From positions 1-27,587 of IMG/VR virus record IMGVR_UViG_3300044878_000138: a stretch of DNA of 27,587 nt; one strand, 5' to 3'. Numbering within the stretch: the first letter of the stretch is position 1; each line of letters begins with the position of its first letter. The DNA is from a virus (taxonomy: Duplodnaviria > Caudoviricetes). Made by a program: the position numbers and the translations under genes. This document shows positions 24,793 to 27,587 of this stretch, one piece after another. A model generated the notes under the pieces. The model saw only the letters and a program-made list of their open reading frames with translations, was not told the DNA's origin and searched no databases.

Positions 24793-25856
24793 AGAACTTA
24801 ACCATCTTTACCGACCCGCACCTCGGCACCAGCCGCCAGGCGCACACCACCCGCGACTCTTCGGACAAGCTGAAGGCCGAGCTGTACAACCAAGCCATGG
24901 ACATCGTCAACGCAGCGAAGAACCCGCTGCTCTGCGTCGGTGACCTGTTCGACAAGTCGTTCAACTCGGAGTCGGTGATTGCTCAGGGCTACAACGTGGC
25001 CAGCCGGTGCTGGAACACACTGGCCGGCAACCACGACGAGACCAACCGCGAAGGCACCATGTCGTCGCTGCGGCTGCTGAAGGAACAGGGCGTGCCAATC
25101 TGTGCAGCGCCGAACCTGACCGACCCGTTCTTCGACTGCTACAAGTCGATCTACATGGTCCCGCACCACGCCAGCCAAGAGATCTTCGAGGTGGCGATGC
25201 GCGAGGCAGCCGCCCACGCTGCACAGAACCGCGACGGTCTGGCCAGCTACCTGTTCCTGCACTGCAACTACGACTTCGATCTGGCGGTGACCGACAACAC
25301 GCTGAACCTCAGCCGGGGTCTGGCACAGGAACTGATCGGCTCGTTCGACTACATCTTCATCGGCCATGAGCACAACGGTTCGACCGACCTCGGCGGCCAG
25401 GTCGTGGTGCTGGGCAACACCCACCCCACCAGCTTCCACGACATCGGCGACAAGTTCATCTACCACCTGGAGCTGGAGACGGCTGAGCTGACCAAAGAAC
25501 TGGTCTGGTCGGAGAAGGACCTGTATCGCGAGATCAAGCTGGGCAGCGAGATCCCCAACCTGTACGGGGTGCAGTTCGTCGACGTGGTCGGCACTGAGTC
25601 GGTGGCCGATGCTGTGGCGGTCAGCGAGTTCGTCCGTGAGATCTGGAAGGCCGGCGAGTACATGGACGGCGGCGTGGTCTGCAACAACCTGTTCGCCGTG
25701 CGCAACAAGGTCGACATCAAGGACTCGCTGCAGGACGTGGACACTGAGATCGAGGGCGTCGTTGCCGAAGACCTGAAGACTCGCATTGCCCGGGATCTGG
25801 AAGGCACCGATCTGGCGCCGTTGTTCGCTGAGCTGGTATCGAAGGTGACCGCATGA
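24789..25856 (+). CDS. sbcD: SbcD/Mre11-like metallophosphoesterase nuclease
   Basis: DPHLG, GDLFD, GNHD, H and GHEH, with an SbcC-like partner downstream. Confidence 0.9.
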   Translation: MKNLTIFTDPHLGTSRQAHTTRDSSDKLKAELYNQAMDIVNAAKNPLLCVGDLFDKSFNSESVIAQGYNVASRCWNTLAGNHDETNREGTMSSLRLLKEQGVPICAAPNLTDPFFDCYKSIYMVPHHASQEIFEVAMREAAAHAAQNRDGLASYLFLHCNYDFDLAVTDNTLNLSRGLAQELIGSFDYIFIGHEHNGSTDLGGQVVVLGNTHPTSFHDIGDKFIYHLELETAELTKELVWSEKDLYREIKLGSEIPNLYGVQFVDVVGTESVADAVAVSEFVREIWKAGEYMDGGVVCNNLFAVRNKVDIKDSLQDVDTEIEGVVAEDLKTRIARDLEGTDLAPLFAELVSKVTA

Positions 25857-26191
25857 TCCCGAAGAACTTGGCCATCGGCTGTAAGGCACTGATCACCACC
25901 AACGACTGGTTCGTGGCCCCCAACGGCCAGACCTACAAGGCGGCCTTCGGCACCGTGAAAGCGGTGCTGGATTCGCAGCAGGTGCTGGGTGTCCGGACCA
26001 ACGCCCGGTCGACCAACTGGTACGTGGAACTGGGCAGCCTGACCATCGCCGGCTGCCAGATCCACTACGCCATCAAGACCGACCACTGCCACCTTGGTTC
26101 AGCCAAGAGCTGGCAGGTCAAGGAAGGCGGGCTGATTGAGTACGAGCAGCCGTCCACCATCTACGATGCAGACGCGGAGTTCACGCTATGA
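25853..26191 (+). CDS. hypothetical phage protein
   Basis: ATGA overlaps at both ends. Contains TNDWFVAPNG..Y and IAGCQIHYA. Confidence 0.75.
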   Translation: MIPKNLAIGCKALITTNDWFVAPNGQTYKAAFGTVKAVLDSQQVLGVRTNARSTNWYVELGSLTIAGCQIHYAIKTDHCHLGSAKSWQVKEGGLIEYEQPSTIYDADAEFTL

Positions 26192-26580
26192 CCGAGAACA
26201 GATCGCAAGGCCCGTACCGCGTGCGTCAGGGTACAGCGGACAAGCACTTCAATGGCCTGACCCCGGCTGAACACGAGCGGCTGACCATGCTGGCTGAAGA
26301 GTGCGCCGAGGTGATCCAGGCGGTCACCAAGATCCAGCGCCACGGCTACGAGAGCTGCAACCCGTTCGGCCCCGGTGTCGAGACCAACCGTGAGCGTCTG
26401 CTGCGGGAGCTGTTCGACGTGGCAGCGGTGACCGGCATGATCAGTCTCGATCTGCCGGAGCTGCAGGACTCAGCCCTCGTTGACCAGCAGGTCGACAAGT
26501 CGCTGCGCCGCAAGCTGCAGTTCGCCCACCACCAAGACGAGGACTTCAAAGAGTACCTCGACGTGGTGAACAGCCTGTGA
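26188..26580 (+). CDS. second MazG-like (all-alpha NTP-PPase) protein
   Basis: LAEECAEVIQAVTKIQRHG...RELFDV gives the EExxE/ExxD pattern. Confidence 0.75.
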   Translation: MTENRSQGPYRVRQGTADKHFNGLTPAEHERLTMLAEECAEVIQAVTKIQRHGYESCNPFGPGVETNRERLLRELFDVAAVTGMISLDLPELQDSALVDQQVDKSLRRKLQFAHHQDEDFKEYLDVVNSL

Positions 26581-26744
26581 GGTGGCCCCGCGATGAGCTG
26601 GTCCGCAAGTTCAGCCAGGTAGGAACGACGGAGAGCCAGCTGGACTGGATACGCCAGCAGCTGGAACCCCGGGTGTACAACCTCAATCCGCACCCGCTTT
26701 CCATCGCCATAGCGGCTACCCTCTTTCACATGTATTCTCGCTAA
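26577..26744 (+). CDS. 55-aa hypothetical protein (not in ORF track)
   Basis: GTGA overlap with the upstream stop. MRWPRDELVRKFSQVG...LFHMYSR fills the gap. Confidence 0.45.
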   Translation: MRWPRDELVRKFSQVGTTESQLDWIRQQLEPRVYNLNPHPLSIAIAATLFHMYSR

Positions 26745-26751
26745 CTAGCGA
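26738..26751. promoter_or_regulatory. palindrome TCGCTA-AC-TAGCGA, candidate operator
   Basis: Abuts a -10-like TATTCT (26733-26738) and lies 24 nt before the sbcC start. Confidence 0.55.
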
Positions 26752-26775
26752 CAAATCCCCATATAGGAGGCGCCC

Positions 26776-27587
26776 ATGCGTCTGTTAGATTGCGTCACCG
26801 AGAACTTCAAGAAGCTCGGCAATTTCACCGCGGATTTCACCCAAGGCCTCAACGTCGTGGCCGGTGACAACGCCAAAGGCAAGTCCACCCTGCTGCAGGC
26901 GATTCAGACCGCCCTGTTCGGCGTCACCGTCGTGCCTGGCAAGAAGGAAAACATCCCGACTTGGGGGCAGAAGACCTTCAAGATCACCCTGCGGTTCCAG
27001 ATCCACGGCGACGAGGTCTACACCTGCGTTCGCACCGACAAGACCGCCAAGCTGACCCGCGTGGTGGCTGGTCAAGAGCCTGAGCTGGTGGCCAACGGCA
27101 ACACCCCGGTGACCGCCGCGATGGAAGACCTGCTGGGCCTGTCGGCCAAAGACTGGGACCTGTTCGTACAGTCCAAGCAGCACAGCTCGGCGGCCATCCT
27201 CGAGTTCGGTGCGGCAGCGCTGAACCGCAAGGTCGAAGAGTTCGCCGGGGTCGACCTGATCGACAAGGTCCAGGCCGAGGCCCAGCGTCAGGCCACGCTG
27301 AACACCAGCCACGCCGACGCCAAGTCGGTGGGCGACGAAGTGCTGAAGGCAGCGCAAGACGGCCTGCAGGAAGCCAGCGAGTGTTTGCGTCTGGCCGGCG
27401 TCAACGTCGAAGCCTCGGTGCAGGATCTGGAAGCCCACGGCACCTTCAGCATGGAGAAGCCAGCCTCCTCCGCCGCCCTGCGCAAGCAGCTCGACGCGGT
27501 GGTCAACCTGTCCAACAAGATCACCCTGGCCGAGGCCAACGTCGGCCATGCCAAGCAGCGGGTCACCGACGCCGAGATGCGCGTCGA
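26776..27587 (+). CDS. sbcC: SbcC/Rad50-like SMC ATPase, 5' part (runs off window; absent from ORF track)
   Basis: AGGAGG SD. MRLLDCVTENFKK...GLNVVAGDNAKGKSTLLQAIQTALFG, a Q-loop-like FVQSKQ, then coiled coil. Confidence 0.92.
   Translation, partial: MRLLDCVTENFKKLGNFTADFTQGLNVVAGDNAKGKSTLLQAIQTALFGVTVVPGKKENIPTWGQKTFKITLRFQIHGDEVYTCVRTDKTAKLTRVVAGQEPELVANGNTPVTAAMEDLLGLSAKDWDLFVQSKQHSSAAILEFGAAALNRKVEEFAGVDLIDKVQAEAQRQATLNTSHADAKSVGDEVLKAAQDGLQEASECLRLAGVNVEASVQDLEAHGTFSMEKPASSAALRKQLDAVVNLSNKITLAEANVGHAKQRVTDAEMRV

Noticed and set aside
1-27587. tRNA, rRNA, CRISPR array, integrase, transposase or virion genes
   Set aside because: None was recognisable. Intergenic gaps are short and accounted for, so lifestyle and taxonomy cannot be fixed from this window.

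Overview
This is a GC-rich (roughly 60% by eye, Pseudomonas-like codon usage) segment of a tailed phage, prophage or phage-plasmid genome. Every credible gene is on the + strand, mostly joined by ATGA/GTGA stop-start overlaps. Bases 1-7293 hold the 3' end of a C5 DNA methyltransferase followed by about 15 small accessory genes, including an Nmad5-like gene. Bases 7366-27587 hold a nearly self-contained replication, nucleotide-metabolism and recombination module: Dda/RecD-like helicase, AEP primase-helicase fusion, TraR-like zinc finger, SNF2 helicase, two MazG-like proteins, ThyX, two stand-alone DEDD exonucleases, a large family-A DNA polymerase, dNMP kinase, resolvase, ATP ligase and SbcD/SbcC. 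There are four main unusual signals. (1) A 124-aa stand-alone protein (5760-6134) carries Pol I motif A, the DIH helix and the O-helix but no motif C, and is translationally coupled to the Nmad5-like gene. (2) A CGCTA-NN-TAGCG palindrome recurs at several internal promoter-like positions. (3) A 13-bp inverted repeat followed by five 8-bp periodic units lies just before the replication module. (4) The replicative polymerase has a ~180-aa thumb insertion. All family assignments come from recognising motifs by eye; no database searches were run.
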